A DNA stretch of 64,000 bases from an uncultured delta proteobacterium (GTDB taxonomy: Bacteria; Desulfobacterota; Binatia; UBA9968): assembly GCA_963840855.1 (NCBI GenBank), contig CAWJBB010000061.1:64001-128000 (forward strand), in the 5' to 3' direction. A program made the translations under genes and the position numbers. Under the pieces are notes generated by a model that saw nothing but the letters and a program-made list of their open reading frames with translations, ran no database searches and had not been told where the DNA came from. Below, piece by piece: positions 30,770 to 40,574 of the stretch. How positions within the stretch are numbered: position 1 is the first letter of the stretch; each line of letters begins with the position of its first letter.

Positions 30770-33065
30770 CTACGCGCTTGGCTGCGCGGCGGCAGCCACT
30801 GTCACCGCGCTCTGCACTGGTCCGCGTACTTTGCTATGGCAATCATGGGCAGCGTCGATGAAAAGCTGGGCTTCCTGAAGCAGCTGCACCGCGCGGTCGG
30901 CGTCGGCCGCTCGCGCCGGCGCCGATAAATTCCTTCGCCTTGAACAGATATTCGGCGAACTTGCCGCCGGCATACTTGTCCCAGAAAAGCTGCGTGTCGT
31001 AGAAGCGCTTGGTGAATTCTCCGATGATCTGATTTTCATCTTCGGAGATGGCCGGGTTCTGGTCCTTCACCAATCCCTGGGCGGCGCGCACCATCGAAGC
31101 GTAGGCGCCTTTCACCGCCTCCTGTGAGCGGCCGGCGTCTAAGAGCAACTGCGCTTCGAACAACTCGCGCTCGCTGGCGGCCAAGGTAAACTCAGCCTGG
31201 CTGACGACTTCGCCGGCGCACTCGCCGACGCCCATGTCCGCGAGCGTAAACTCGCGCGGATCGCCCCAGTCGCTGTAATAGGATCGATCCACCTCGTGGG
31301 CCGGAATTTTGGTGAGATCTTCCAGCAGATCCTTGATCGCCTTTTTGCCGAGGCGCGCGACGAATTCTTGGAACCGTTCGTCCTTTCGGCGTTGGCGCAC
31401 GTAAAACTCGGTGATGGACAAGACCGCTTCCGGAATCCGCTTCGACGGCACGGCGCCGATCGCCACGCCGTACTCGCCGGCGTTGTCATGAAACTTGCCG
31501 CCGAGAATGACTTGAAAATGCGGCACCTGAAATCCTTTCACGTTGCGGTTAATGCCGTAGAATCCGATGTCGGCGATGTGGTGCTGGCCGCAAGAGTTGA
31601 AACAGCCGCTGACTTTGATGCGCAGATTTTTGACGGCTTCATCGAGCTGCAAACTTTTTTCGCCCAGGCGAACGCGCAACTCGCGCGCGAGACCGCGCGA
31701 TGAAGCTATGCCCAGTTTACAGGTGTCCGTGCCGGGGCATGCGGTTACATCGACGATGGTCGCGGCGTCGGCCGCGCCCAGGCCAATGGCTTCAATCGCT
31801 TGGTAGAATTCCGGCAGATCGGCTTCACTCACCCAGCGGAAGAGAACATTTTGCTCCACCGTCGTGCGCAGCGTGTCTTTAACGAATCGCCGCGCTATAT
31901 CGGCGAGTGCGCGCAGCTGATCGGCGCTGGCATCGCCCAGCGGCAGCGTCACCGTGGCGGCGACATAGCCGGGTTGCCGTTGTTTGTAGACGTTCGTCGC
32001 GTACCAGGCGTCGAATCCTTCCAGCCGTTGATGGCCATTGAGATTGACTCCGGACTTAAGCGGAGTTTCCGTTTGCTCGTTGACCGAAGCGAGATACGCC
32101 GTCCAGCGCGGATCGGGCAAAAGCTTTTGCCGCTCGTCCAATACCAGTTTGCGAAATTCTTCGATGCCAAGGTTCGCGATTAAAAACTTGATCCGCGCCC
32201 GCGCGCGGTTGCGCTTCTCGCCGAGACGGGCGAAGACGCGTGAGATCGCCTGCATCGTCGGCAACAACTCTTCTTCCGGCAGAAACTCATCGAACAGCTT
32301 TGCCTTGTAAGGCACCGATCCCAAACCGCCGCCGACGTAAAAAACAAAGCCGCGCCGCACTTTCCCATTATCAACCTTGGTCTTGGCGATGGCGCCCATG
32401 TCGTGCATGGTCACCAGGCCACAGGGATTCTGCGCACAACCGGAAAAAGCGATCTTGACCTTGCGCCCAAAGTCCTGGGTATCGGGATGGCCCATCAAAA
32501 ATCTCGAACAGGCCTTCGCATACGGCGTCGTGTCGAACGTTTCCTCCCGGCAAATTCCCGACAACGGGCACGCCGTCACATTGCGCACGGAATTTCCGCA
32601 GGCCTCGCGAGTGGTGATCCCGACGGCGGCAAGCCGGCGCATGAGCGCCGGCGTGTCGTCGATGTGAACATAGTGAAACTGGATATCCTGCCGGGTCGTG
32701 ACGTGGGATACGCCGTCGGCATACTCCTCGGATAGATCGGCCAGGGTTTCTAACTGCGCCGGTGTTATGCCGCCAAAAGGAATCTTGATGCGCATCATCC
32801 CCGGCGCGTCCCACAACGTGTCCGGTCCTTTGATCACATCGGCGGAGAGCTTGAGCTTCTGAACGCGAGTGCCGTCGTGACGCTGGCCGTTGTCGTATCG
32901 CTGGCCGTAGATGCCGCGGCGCAGGCGAGTTTCAGCAAAAACCTTCTCGTCGATCTTGCCCTGCTTGCGCAGCTCCATCTGCTGCTCGAAGATATCGATC
33001 TCGCGGCCAAGGTCGGCAGGAATTCGCTCGCCCAGCTTTTCCTTCCAAGTGATTTGGTTCTTCAT
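30770..33065 (-). CDS. Ferredoxin-type nitrite/sulfite reductase (siroheme-[4Fe-4S]) with C-terminal helical extension; frameshift near 30915
   Basis: HVTTRQDIQFH, EACGNSVRNV, CPGTDTC..., SGCFNSCGQH; natural tail ADRAVQLLQEAQLFIDAAH.. lies in the 30770-31039 frame. Confidence 0.9.
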
Positions 33066-33109
33066 AACAAAGACCTTTCTTCCAATGCGGACTGATCAGC
33101 GGTTTACTT

Positions 33110-33131
33110 TTCTGATTGTTTTAGTCAGGAA
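33110..33131. promoter_or_regulatory. Putative Rrf2 (IscR/CymR-like) operator
   Basis: Imperfect palindrome tcctgactaaaacaatcagaa (TGACT-N5-AATCA, minus strand) about 45 bp upstream of the sulfite reductase start. Confidence 0.5.
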
Positions 33132-33157
33132 TTGTGGAAAATTTTTTTAAGCCTACC

Positions 33158-33592
33158 CTAGATGTAATACATCAACGCTGGCGTCTCGGTTTTACATAAA
33201 TCCGCCAGGGTGGTTTCCTCGAGCACCGTTTCCATAGCTCGTAAGCCGCGCGACCAGGTTTCATTCAAACGGCGTGTCACGATTGGTAACGGTTGGCCGC
33301 CGCGCCGGGCGCTTAGATCAAAAACTGCGATGGGACCTTCTAGGACCTGAATTACTTCTTTGATGCTGATACTCTCCGGAGGACGTGCCAGCGTATAACC
33401 GCCGGTCGGCCCCCTCGCGCCATGCACCAGTTCCCCTCTTTTTAGCAGCGCCATAATCTGACCTAGATACTGCTCTGGAATACCTTGGCTCTCCGCAATT
33501 TCCTTCAATTGAACGGCACGCTGCAGCCGATAACTGCTGGCCAGTTCCGCCAGTGCCAACAAACCGTAGTGGCCTTTCGAGCTCACTTTCAT
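33158..33592 (-). CDS. Rrf2 family transcriptional regulator (CymR-like, no Fe-S Cys triad)
   Basis: MKVSSKGHYGL.AL.ELA, YLGQIM..LKR..LV...RGPTGGY.LAR; heads the cys operon. Confidence 0.9.
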   Translation of the reverse strand: MKVSSKGHYGLLALAELASSYRLQRAVQLKEIAESQGIPEQYLGQIMALLKRGELVHGARGPTGGYTLARPPESISIKEVIQVLEGPIAVFDLSARRGGQPLPIVTRRLNETWSRGLRAMETVLEETTLADLCKTETPALMYYI

Positions 33593-33834
33593 ACCGTCAA
33601 CTCCATTACTATCTTGACATAAGTAAAAAGATCGAAAATGTCAAGAACCCTTGTTTTGCATGGAAACGGCGACGGAATTTGCCAGTTGCAGCGAGCTCCG
33701 CGAATTAAGCCATCCAGACCAAGGTCCGCCCGGCGCCCATCTGGCGCGTCAAGTTTGCAGTTGCTTGATGGAAACCGTTGAAGCTATATTTCGACCACTG
33801 CCATCTCTCGGAAGGACGTCCGGAGGTATTCTTT

Positions 33835-34869
33835 ATGATCCGCGCTCTAAAGGCTTTCGCCGGCTTCATGCTGTTTGCCATCGCAACGGGCGAGCTCGCC
33901 GAGAACGCGCGGGCCGCCTCCGGCGAGGTCGTCATTACCCACGCTAGCATGAGCACTTCGGCGATACCTCTCTGGGTGACGCAGCGACAAAACTTCTTCA
34001 GCAAGTATGGCGTCAAAGCACAGGTCGTGTGGGTACGTGGAAATCCAGCGCAAATCGCTACTCTGGCCTCGGGCGACACCCAGATTGCCTACGGTGGCGC
34101 GACCACCGCACTGGCGGCCGCGGTGGGTGGCAAGGAACTCAAAATGATCGCCAGCCTAAACAGCCGGGAGACGCTCGATGTTGTCGCGCGTCCTAATATC
34201 AAACAGCCCGAAGAGCTGCGCGGGAAAAAATTCGGCATCCAGAGCTTCGGCGGCGGAGTCTGGAAAACCGCCACGGTATGGCTTGAGCACTTCGGTCTGG
34301 ACGAAAAACGCGACAATATTCAAATGATCGTTATCGGCGACGTTACCGTCTTGAGCCAGGCCGTGGAGACCGGCAGAATCGACGCCACCGTCGTGCCCGG
34401 TTTTCTCAGCCGCCGCCTCGCGGAAAAAGGCTTCAATGTGCTCGGCCGCTCGGACAAGACGAGGCTTGCTTCCATCGGCATGGCCGTCCTCGTCGAGCCG
34501 GCATACTTGCAGCAAAATCTGGAAACGCTGCAAAACGTCATGAAGGCGCTGATCGAAGGCATGGTCTTCAGCGCCAGCGCCAAAAACAAGCCCGCCGTCA
34601 TCGAAACCATCGTGAAGCATTTCAAACTTAGCGATCCTGCCGCGGCAGACTCGGCCTATCAGGATATCCTCGCCCTGATTCGCGCCGAGGAGTACCGCAA
34701 ACCCTCCGTTCCCATAGACGGTCTGCGAGGGCTTCAACGGATCATGAAAACCCAGAACCCTAAAATTGGCGAGATCAACACGGATAATCTGGTCGATGCA
34801 AGCGTCATCCGGAGAATCGACCAGAGCGGTTTCTTCGAAAAACTCTACGCCGAGTATGGCGTAAAGTAG
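33835..34869 (+). CDS. ABC-type substrate-binding protein (NMT1/TauA/SsuA-like), no permease nearby
   Basis: Signal peptide, IPLWV.....FFSKYG, ELRGKKFG, GRIDA, VDAS.IRRIDQSGF. Confidence 0.8.
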   Translation: MIRALKAFAGFMLFAIATGELAENARAASGEVVITHASMSTSAIPLWVTQRQNFFSKYGVKAQVVWVRGNPAQIATLASGDTQIAYGGATTALAAAVGGKELKMIASLNSRETLDVVARPNIKQPEELRGKKFGIQSFGGGVWKTATVWLEHFGLDEKRDNIQMIVIGDVTVLSQAVETGRIDATVVPGFLSRRLAEKGFNVLGRSDKTRLASIGMAVLVEPAYLQQNLETLQNVMKALIEGMVFSASAKNKPAVIETIVKHFKLSDPAAADSAYQDILALIRAEEYRKPSVPIDGLRGLQRIMKTQNPKIGEINTDNLVDASVIRRIDQSGFFEKLYAEYGVK

Positions 34870-34947
34870 GATCTGATTTTGTCTTTCGTTACGTCTTGAA
34901 CGATTTGAACGTCTTGAACGAATCCCCGCACAACAAATACCGTAGCA

Positions 34948-35793
34948 ATGATAACCATGCGAATTCACACCCAACTCGTAAGTTTTAAAACATCCGATAA
35001 TGAACGGCTCCACGGGCTGCTTTTCACGCCGCCGGACAAGAAATCTGATCTGGCGTTGATAATGGTGCACGGCGTAGCGATGAATTTTTACCTACCGCCA
35101 CTGCCGACGCTCGGACAGGCCCTCGCCGCGGGCGGCCATCATTGTTTCGTCATTAACACCCGCGGCCACGACTGGATTGCCCGCGCCGGCAATCTGACCC
35201 AGTTCGGCGGCGCCGCCTACGAGACCTTTGAAGAGTGCTTACTCGACCTCGACGGCGCCATCGACTGCATGGCGCGCCATGGCTACAAGCGCTTCCTCCT
35301 CGTCGGCCACAGTCTCGGCTGCGTGAAGTCGCTGCTTTACCAAGGCGCGCGTCAACGCGCCGATATCGCCGGCGTCATTTCCTGTTCCTGCCCGAAACAG
35401 TTTTATTCCGCGCGGGCGGAAGAACAACCCGAGTTCAAAGATCTTATGGCCAAAGCGGAGCGAATGATCGCGCAAGGCCAAGGCGACGACTTCCTCTGGG
35501 CGCAGACCAGCGGCGCGATGGGGATCTTTACCGCCAAGACCTATGAAAATAAATACGGCCGCCACGAGAAAAACGATGTCCGGCCCCAAGCTCGTCGGCT
35601 GGGGTGCCCGCACCTGGCCATCGCCGGCGGCGCCGAACACCCATTTTTCCCGGAGTACGCCAAGGCGCTGGCCGAAGCCGGTAGCGCAAGCGCAAGTTAC
35701 AGGATCGTTCCGGGAGCAAATCATTTTTATATCAACCACGAGCCGGAGGTCGTTGCGATCATCGCGGAGTGGCTCGAGCAATTCGCCCACTGA
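34948..35793 (+). CDS. Alpha/beta hydrolase, paralog 1
   Basis: VHGVAMNFY, NTRGHD, GHSLG, GANH. Confidence 0.85.
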   Translation: MITMRIHTQLVSFKTSDNERLHGLLFTPPDKKSDLALIMVHGVAMNFYLPPLPTLGQALAAGGHHCFVINTRGHDWIARAGNLTQFGGAAYETFEECLLDLDGAIDCMARHGYKRFLLVGHSLGCVKSLLYQGARQRADIAGVISCSCPKQFYSARAEEQPEFKDLMAKAERMIAQGQGDDFLWAQTSGAMGIFTAKTYENKYGRHEKNDVRPQARRLGCPHLAIAGGAEHPFFPEYAKALAEAGSASASYRIVPGANHFYINHEPEVVAIIAEWLEQFAH

Positions 35794-35871
35794 CTGCGCG
35801 CACGCCGGACCACGACATCACAGCACAATCATCATGTCGAGTTTCTCTCCGTCTCTGTCTCGTCTCACCCT

Positions 35872-36708
35872 ATGAACTGCCAAACTGAAATCTGCACGTT
35901 TAAAACCTCGGACAACGAGCGGCTGCATGGGGCGCTATTGACGCCGCCGGAGTCGCCGGCCGATCTCGCCCTCGTTTTCGTTCACGGCGTGGCGATGAAT
36001 TTCTACTTGCCGCCGTTGTTTCTCTTCGGCCAAGAGTTGGCGGCGCGCGGATACCATTGCTTCGTCATCAATACCCGCGGCCATGACTGGATCTGCCGCG
36101 CCGGAAACCTGACCAGGTTCGGCGGCTCGGCTTATGAAAATCTCGAGGACTGCCTCGCCGATCTCGACGGCGCTTTGGCATTCCTCGCTGCCCGTGGCTA
36201 CCGGCGATTCGTTCTGGTCGGCCACAGTCTCGGCGCCATCAAGTCAATCATCTACCAGGGCACCCGCCGTCGTTCGGACATGGCCGGCATCGTTTCCTGC
36301 TCCGCGCCGAAGCAATTTTACTCGGAGCGGATCGCGCGCCAGCCCAAGTTCCGCGAACTGATCGAACAAGCCGAATCGATGGTTAGCGATGGCAGAGGTG
36401 ACGACTTGATGTCAGTCGCCGTCGGCGCCACGCCGGGAATCTTTAGCGCCCGCACCCATCTCGATAAATACGGCAAGGACGACCGCAACGATTGCCGGCC
36501 CTACGCCAAGAGCCTTGGCTGTCCTTTGCTCGCCATCGTCGGCGGCGCCGAGCCAAAGTTGTTTCACGAATACGCTCAAGAAATCGTCGCCAACGCCGGT
36601 GCCAATGCAACCTACGAACAGGTCGACGGCGGCAATCATTTTTACAACCGGCACATAGCGCAGATCGTCGAGGTCATCGATCGGTGGCTGCGACGGTTTG
36701 AAGATTAA
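35872..36708 (+). CDS. Alpha/beta hydrolase, paralog 2 (tandem duplicate)
   Basis: Same motifs as 34948-35793 (FKTSDNERLHG, VHGVAMNFYLPP, GHSLG, GGNHFY). Confidence 0.85.
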   Translation: MNCQTEICTFKTSDNERLHGALLTPPESPADLALVFVHGVAMNFYLPPLFLFGQELAARGYHCFVINTRGHDWICRAGNLTRFGGSAYENLEDCLADLDGALAFLAARGYRRFVLVGHSLGAIKSIIYQGTRRRSDMAGIVSCSAPKQFYSERIARQPKFRELIEQAESMVSDGRGDDLMSVAVGATPGIFSARTHLDKYGKDDRNDCRPYAKSLGCPLLAIVGGAEPKLFHEYAQEIVANAGANATYEQVDGGNHFYNRHIAQIVEVIDRWLRRFED

Positions 36709-36783
36709 GTGATTAGACTACAAAGAGCATGGCGCGGCAAAGCCGCAACCAACTAAACCAACTTGCCAACCACGAGCAGCCCC

Positions 36784-38016
36784 CTAAATTGCTATCAGAT
36801 CCCGCGGCTCCGCCGTCATGAACTCGAAACCGTTTTTTTTGATGCGCAGCGTGTGCTCGATCTGAATCCCGCCCATGCCCAGCTCGACGAGCGCCACCTC
36901 GACGTTGATCACCATGTTTTCCTGCAGGGGCACGTCGCTGGTTTCAGGCAAAAAGGGGCTGCTGAGCTTTTTTGGCGCGGTAAACTCGAAGGGGAATTCT
37001 CTTGCCTCGATGCCAATGGTGTGACCGACGAATTCTTTGTGTTCGTCCACGCCGGCTTGTTTGGTGCCGCGATTGAGCGCGTCGAGCAGTTCTGACGGGC
37101 GGCTGCCTGGTTTGCAAAGTTCCAGACAATCGGCGATTCCTTTTGTCCCGGCATCGAACAGTTTTCTTTGTGTCGCCGTCGGGGCTCCAAGCACCCCCGT
37201 TGCGCATACGTCCGAGTGGAGCGAATTGAGATAAATCCCCACGTCGGTGCGTAGAAGATCGCCGGGTTCGAGTTTCTTGGCAGACGGCGGAAAAATCCCA
37301 GCCGATCTCCGGCCGGACCCCAGGTGCTGCCATCCCACGGTTCCCCGCCCGCTGCCGATATGCTTGTGAAATTCCGCCGAAAGCTCGAGCTCCGTCGCGC
37401 CTACTGCGGCGCTCCGAAACATCGCGCTCACCGCCTTGTCATTAAGCTCGCAGGCTTTCTTGAGGCCGTTAATTTCGTCCTCGCTTTTGATCATACGAAT
37501 CAAACGAAAAAGATCGCTGCCATCGAGAAACTTCGCCTGTGGCAGCGCTTCCCGGAGATAATCTTTGACCTCCTGCGCCATGCCTTCGTGGTCCCAGGCC
37601 ACCGTGCGCCCGCTTAAGCCTTTGTCGCGCAGTAACCGAGTCAACGCTTCAGCAGGACTCTTGCCCAAGAGTTTTGCTTTGTCGAAGACTGAGACGAAGC
37701 GCGCTTCTTCCTCGCTCGGCGGCGCATCAGTCGCGTAACGCAGAGTGCGCCCGCCACCGTAGGTGTAGACTTCCTGGAGCCAAGGCTTTTGCGCCGCGAA
37801 GTAAGTCGCTTCTCCGGGATACATGAGCATGGCCGGGGTTTGATCCGGTGGGCGGCAGAAAACGACAAAGTTTGGCCGCTGGGAGTATTTGTGCACGCCT
37901 TGTCCCCACGGCGCAAAGTCGCTCATATAGATGACATTCTCACGCGTCGCTCCCACCAGCGCGTCGACGGAAAATCTTTGCATGAGTTCAAGGGCACGTT
38001 CGCGATTTAGTAGCAT
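36784..38016 (-). CDS. M24 family protein, paralog 2
   Basis: MLLNRERA start, RMIKSEDEI, TDVG..NSLHSDV, GHTIGIEAREFPF, NVE, QIEHT. Confidence 0.85.
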   Translation of the reverse strand: MLLNRERALELMQRFSVDALVGATRENVIYMSDFAPWGQGVHKYSQRPNFVVFCRPPDQTPAMLMYPGEATYFAAQKPWLQEVYTYGGGRTLRYATDAPPSEEEARFVSVFDKAKLLGKSPAEALTRLLRDKGLSGRTVAWDHEGMAQEVKDYLREALPQAKFLDGSDLFRLIRMIKSEDEINGLKKACELNDKAVSAMFRSAAVGATELELSAEFHKHIGSGRGTVGWQHLGSGRRSAGIFPPSAKKLEPGDLLRTDVGIYLNSLHSDVCATGVLGAPTATQRKLFDAGTKGIADCLELCKPGSRPSELLDALNRGTKQAGVDEHKEFVGHTIGIEAREFPFEFTAPKKLSSPFLPETSDVPLQENMVINVEVALVELGMGGIQIEHTLRIKKNGFEFMTAEPRDLIAI

Positions 38017-38136
38017 GGCATTCTCGCTTTCCTTCGGGCTGCTGCCAAAGACGCCAGATCTCGTTGCGCTCAATGGCCTCCCTGCGACCACGTTCAGCCG
38101 TTACAATCGTTCCAGTCGTGGAAATTTATGTCATTT

Positions 38137-39117
38137 CTATATAGGACCATCGATGAACCCTGACTCGTCCAGCTCGCGGACTATGCTCAAGTCGACGAAT
38201 TGCTCGGGTTTGGCGCCTTTGGCTTTTTCATTCCTGGGCAAGCTGTCCAATATCGTCCTGATACCCGCCAGGGTCGGATAAGGTTTTTTGACGTAGAGCT
38301 TATTGGCATTTTCTTCGTATTGGGCTTCCACGACTTGACGGTCGTTGATCCTGAGGTATTTGCTCATGATCTTGAGGCTCTCTTGCTTATGATTTTTCAT
38401 CCATGCCATCGCCTCGATGATCCCTTTAGTGTAATTTACCACCGCTTTTCGGTTGCGCCCAACGATGGCGCGGGTGGTCGCCACGGCCGTGTGCTGGTAC
38501 TCGACCCCCGTGAGCGCCGTATCGAGGAGTTGACGGTGTCCTTGCTGTTTTAGATAGAGCGTCTCGCCAAGATTATACGCGCCGCCGTGCACCGTGCCGT
38601 TGGTCAACGCATTGACGCGAATCGCGCTGTCTCCCAGCGCCAAGATGGTTACATCTTTTTCCGGATCGATGCCGAGTCTGCTCAGACCGAAGCGCAGGGA
38701 GAAATCGGAAGACGATCCAAGGGTGCTGACGCCAAGCTTTTTGCCTTTGAGTTGCGCTGGCGTCGCAATGTCCTTATGAGCCACGATGTAAAAAGACATG
38801 GAGTTAATAAGCCCCATGAACATCACGACGTCACTGCCGCCGAGCGCGCTTTGCACGAAAGGCGGGCCGGCGGCGTGAATTATTTGGGCATCGCCGGAAA
38901 TCAATGGAAATACCGCCTTGGCGCCGGGAATATGGCCGACTACTTCCGCTTCGAGATTGTATTTCTGGAAAAACCGCAGATCTTTGGCCACGAGCAGCAC
39001 CATGTGGCTGGCTGCCAAACTGCCGAAAGCCGCGCGGAGTTTATCCTGGGCTCGAACGCTGCCGTTCAAACTCAGCAATAGACAGAACAGAACAAACACC
39101 CTGCAATGTTTCATCAT
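38137..39117 (-). CDS. ABC-type substrate-binding protein (NMT1/TauA-like), no permease nearby
   Basis: Signal peptide, QLKGKKLGVS..GSSSD, FVDLSIVRELDESGFID. Confidence 0.8.
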   Translation of the reverse strand: MMKHCRVFVLFCLLLSLNGSVRAQDKLRAAFGSLAASHMVLLVAKDLRFFQKYNLEAEVVGHIPGAKAVFPLISGDAQIIHAAGPPFVQSALGGSDVVMFMGLINSMSFYIVAHKDIATPAQLKGKKLGVSTLGSSSDFSLRFGLSRLGIDPEKDVTILALGDSAIRVNALTNGTVHGGAYNLGETLYLKQQGHRQLLDTALTGVEYQHTAVATTRAIVGRNRKAVVNYTKGIIEAMAWMKNHKQESLKIMSKYLRINDRQVVEAQYEENANKLYVKKPYPTLAGIRTILDSLPRNEKAKGAKPEQFVDLSIVRELDESGFIDGPI

Positions 39118-39405
39118 TGCGTTCTCTTACAACCCATTCACCGTAACGCTAGCGCAAAGGGGCGTGTGCCGTCAACGTAATGTGAGCTTGTTTTTGTAGT
39201 TGCCTGGCGAGAATGAATGAAGTTATAGTTCGATATTGACGCGGAACCGGTCGCTAATAGGGAGTCATCATGCTCGTCAAAGCGATCAATTTCGTGACTC
39301 TGAAAGCCATGGATGACGAGCGGGATACTTGAGCCGATATTGAAATTGACAATGTCTCCGTCACAGTAATAGTCTCGGTCAGATGAAATCTAAAGGAGCT
39401 GGGGC

Positions 39406-40533
39406 ATGGGCAAAGAAACGTCGACCATCACGCGGCGCGATTTTCTCAAACTCACTGCCAAAACCGCGGTCTTTTCATCCGCTTTTCTAACCGGATGTGC
39501 AATCATGGCCACTGACCGCAGCAAGAAAACGGCCCGCGCCATCGACATTCATCATCACTACTTTCCTGCCGAGCTTATCGACGAGATCAAGCAGCACGGC
39601 AAATCATTGGGCATAGAATATCTGCCATCAAAGGGCGGGGCACATTCGCTGAGTTTCGGAAAGGGAAATCGAACCGGCGTCGACCCTGAAATCATGGACG
39701 TGGACAAGCGTCTGGAGGTCATGCGCGACGGCAGGGTCGCAATCGCGACCGTCGAGTCGCAACCCAGCGCTCAAGGCTATCCGCTCGACGGAAAACAGGG
39801 CGAAGCCTGGTCGCGGCTTTATAACGAAGGCATTCACAACCTGGTCAAACGCTATCCACAGCGCTTTGTCGGCATGGCGACAGTGCCGCTGCAAGATCCC
39901 GTGCGCGCCGCAAGCGTCCTGGAACAGGCGATTCGCGAGCTCAAATTTTCCGGAGTGACCATCGGATCGAACGTGAACGGCAAGTATTTCGATGGCAAAG
40001 ACTTCGATCCGTTCTGGAAAAAGGCCGAAGAGCTGGATGTGTTAATAATCATGCATCCGGACTCCATATTGGGCAGTGACAAAATGGGCGCCTACAGTCT
40101 ACGGACCGTTTGCGGCAACCCAGCCGACACGACACTGTCGGTGGGCTTTATGATTTACAGCGGCGTTTTCGACCGGTTTCCCAGACTCAAGCTCGGGCTG
40201 CTCCATGGCGGCGGTTTTTTTCCTTACCATCTCGGTCGTTTTGACCAGGGGTTCAAACGCAGCGGCGGAAGAGAGCCTTTCCCCGCTTCGCAACCTCCGA
40301 GCCGTTATCTCAAGAACCTCTATTTCGACAACCTGGTGTATCGGGTAGATACCGTCGAGTATCTTAAACGCGTGGTCGGCGCGGACCACGTCCTGGTCGG
40401 AACGGATTATCCCTATACTCTGGGAGATTGGATGTCGGTGGAAAAGATAGAGCAGATGAATTGCACGGAAAACGAGCGCGAAGCGATGCTGCATGGCAAC
40501 GCGCGGGCGCTGCTAAAATTGTCGACGATGTAA
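39406..40533 (+). CDS. Amidohydrolase_2 (ACMSD/decarboxylase-like) with Tat-type leader, paralog 1
   Basis: TRRDFLK...LTGC leader, IDIHHH, MHP, HGGG, GTDYPY. Confidence 0.88.
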   Translation: MGKETSTITRRDFLKLTAKTAVFSSAFLTGCAIMATDRSKKTARAIDIHHHYFPAELIDEIKQHGKSLGIEYLPSKGGAHSLSFGKGNRTGVDPEIMDVDKRLEVMRDGRVAIATVESQPSAQGYPLDGKQGEAWSRLYNEGIHNLVKRYPQRFVGMATVPLQDPVRAASVLEQAIRELKFSGVTIGSNVNGKYFDGKDFDPFWKKAEELDVLIIMHPDSILGSDKMGAYSLRTVCGNPADTTLSVGFMIYSGVFDRFPRLKLGLLHGGGFFPYHLGRFDQGFKRSGGREPFPASQPPSRYLKNLYFDNLVYRVDTVEYLKRVVGADHVLVGTDYPYTLGDWMSVEKIEQMNCTENEREAMLHGNARALLKLSTM

Positions 40534-40574
40534 GACATTAACTCGATCGTTTACCAGCTCAATGGAGGAGAACG

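Noticed and set aside
39270-39332. 20-codon ORF with GGGAG SD ending in TGA
   Set aside because: No recognisable motif or SECIS; cannot be distinguished from a gene remnant or chance
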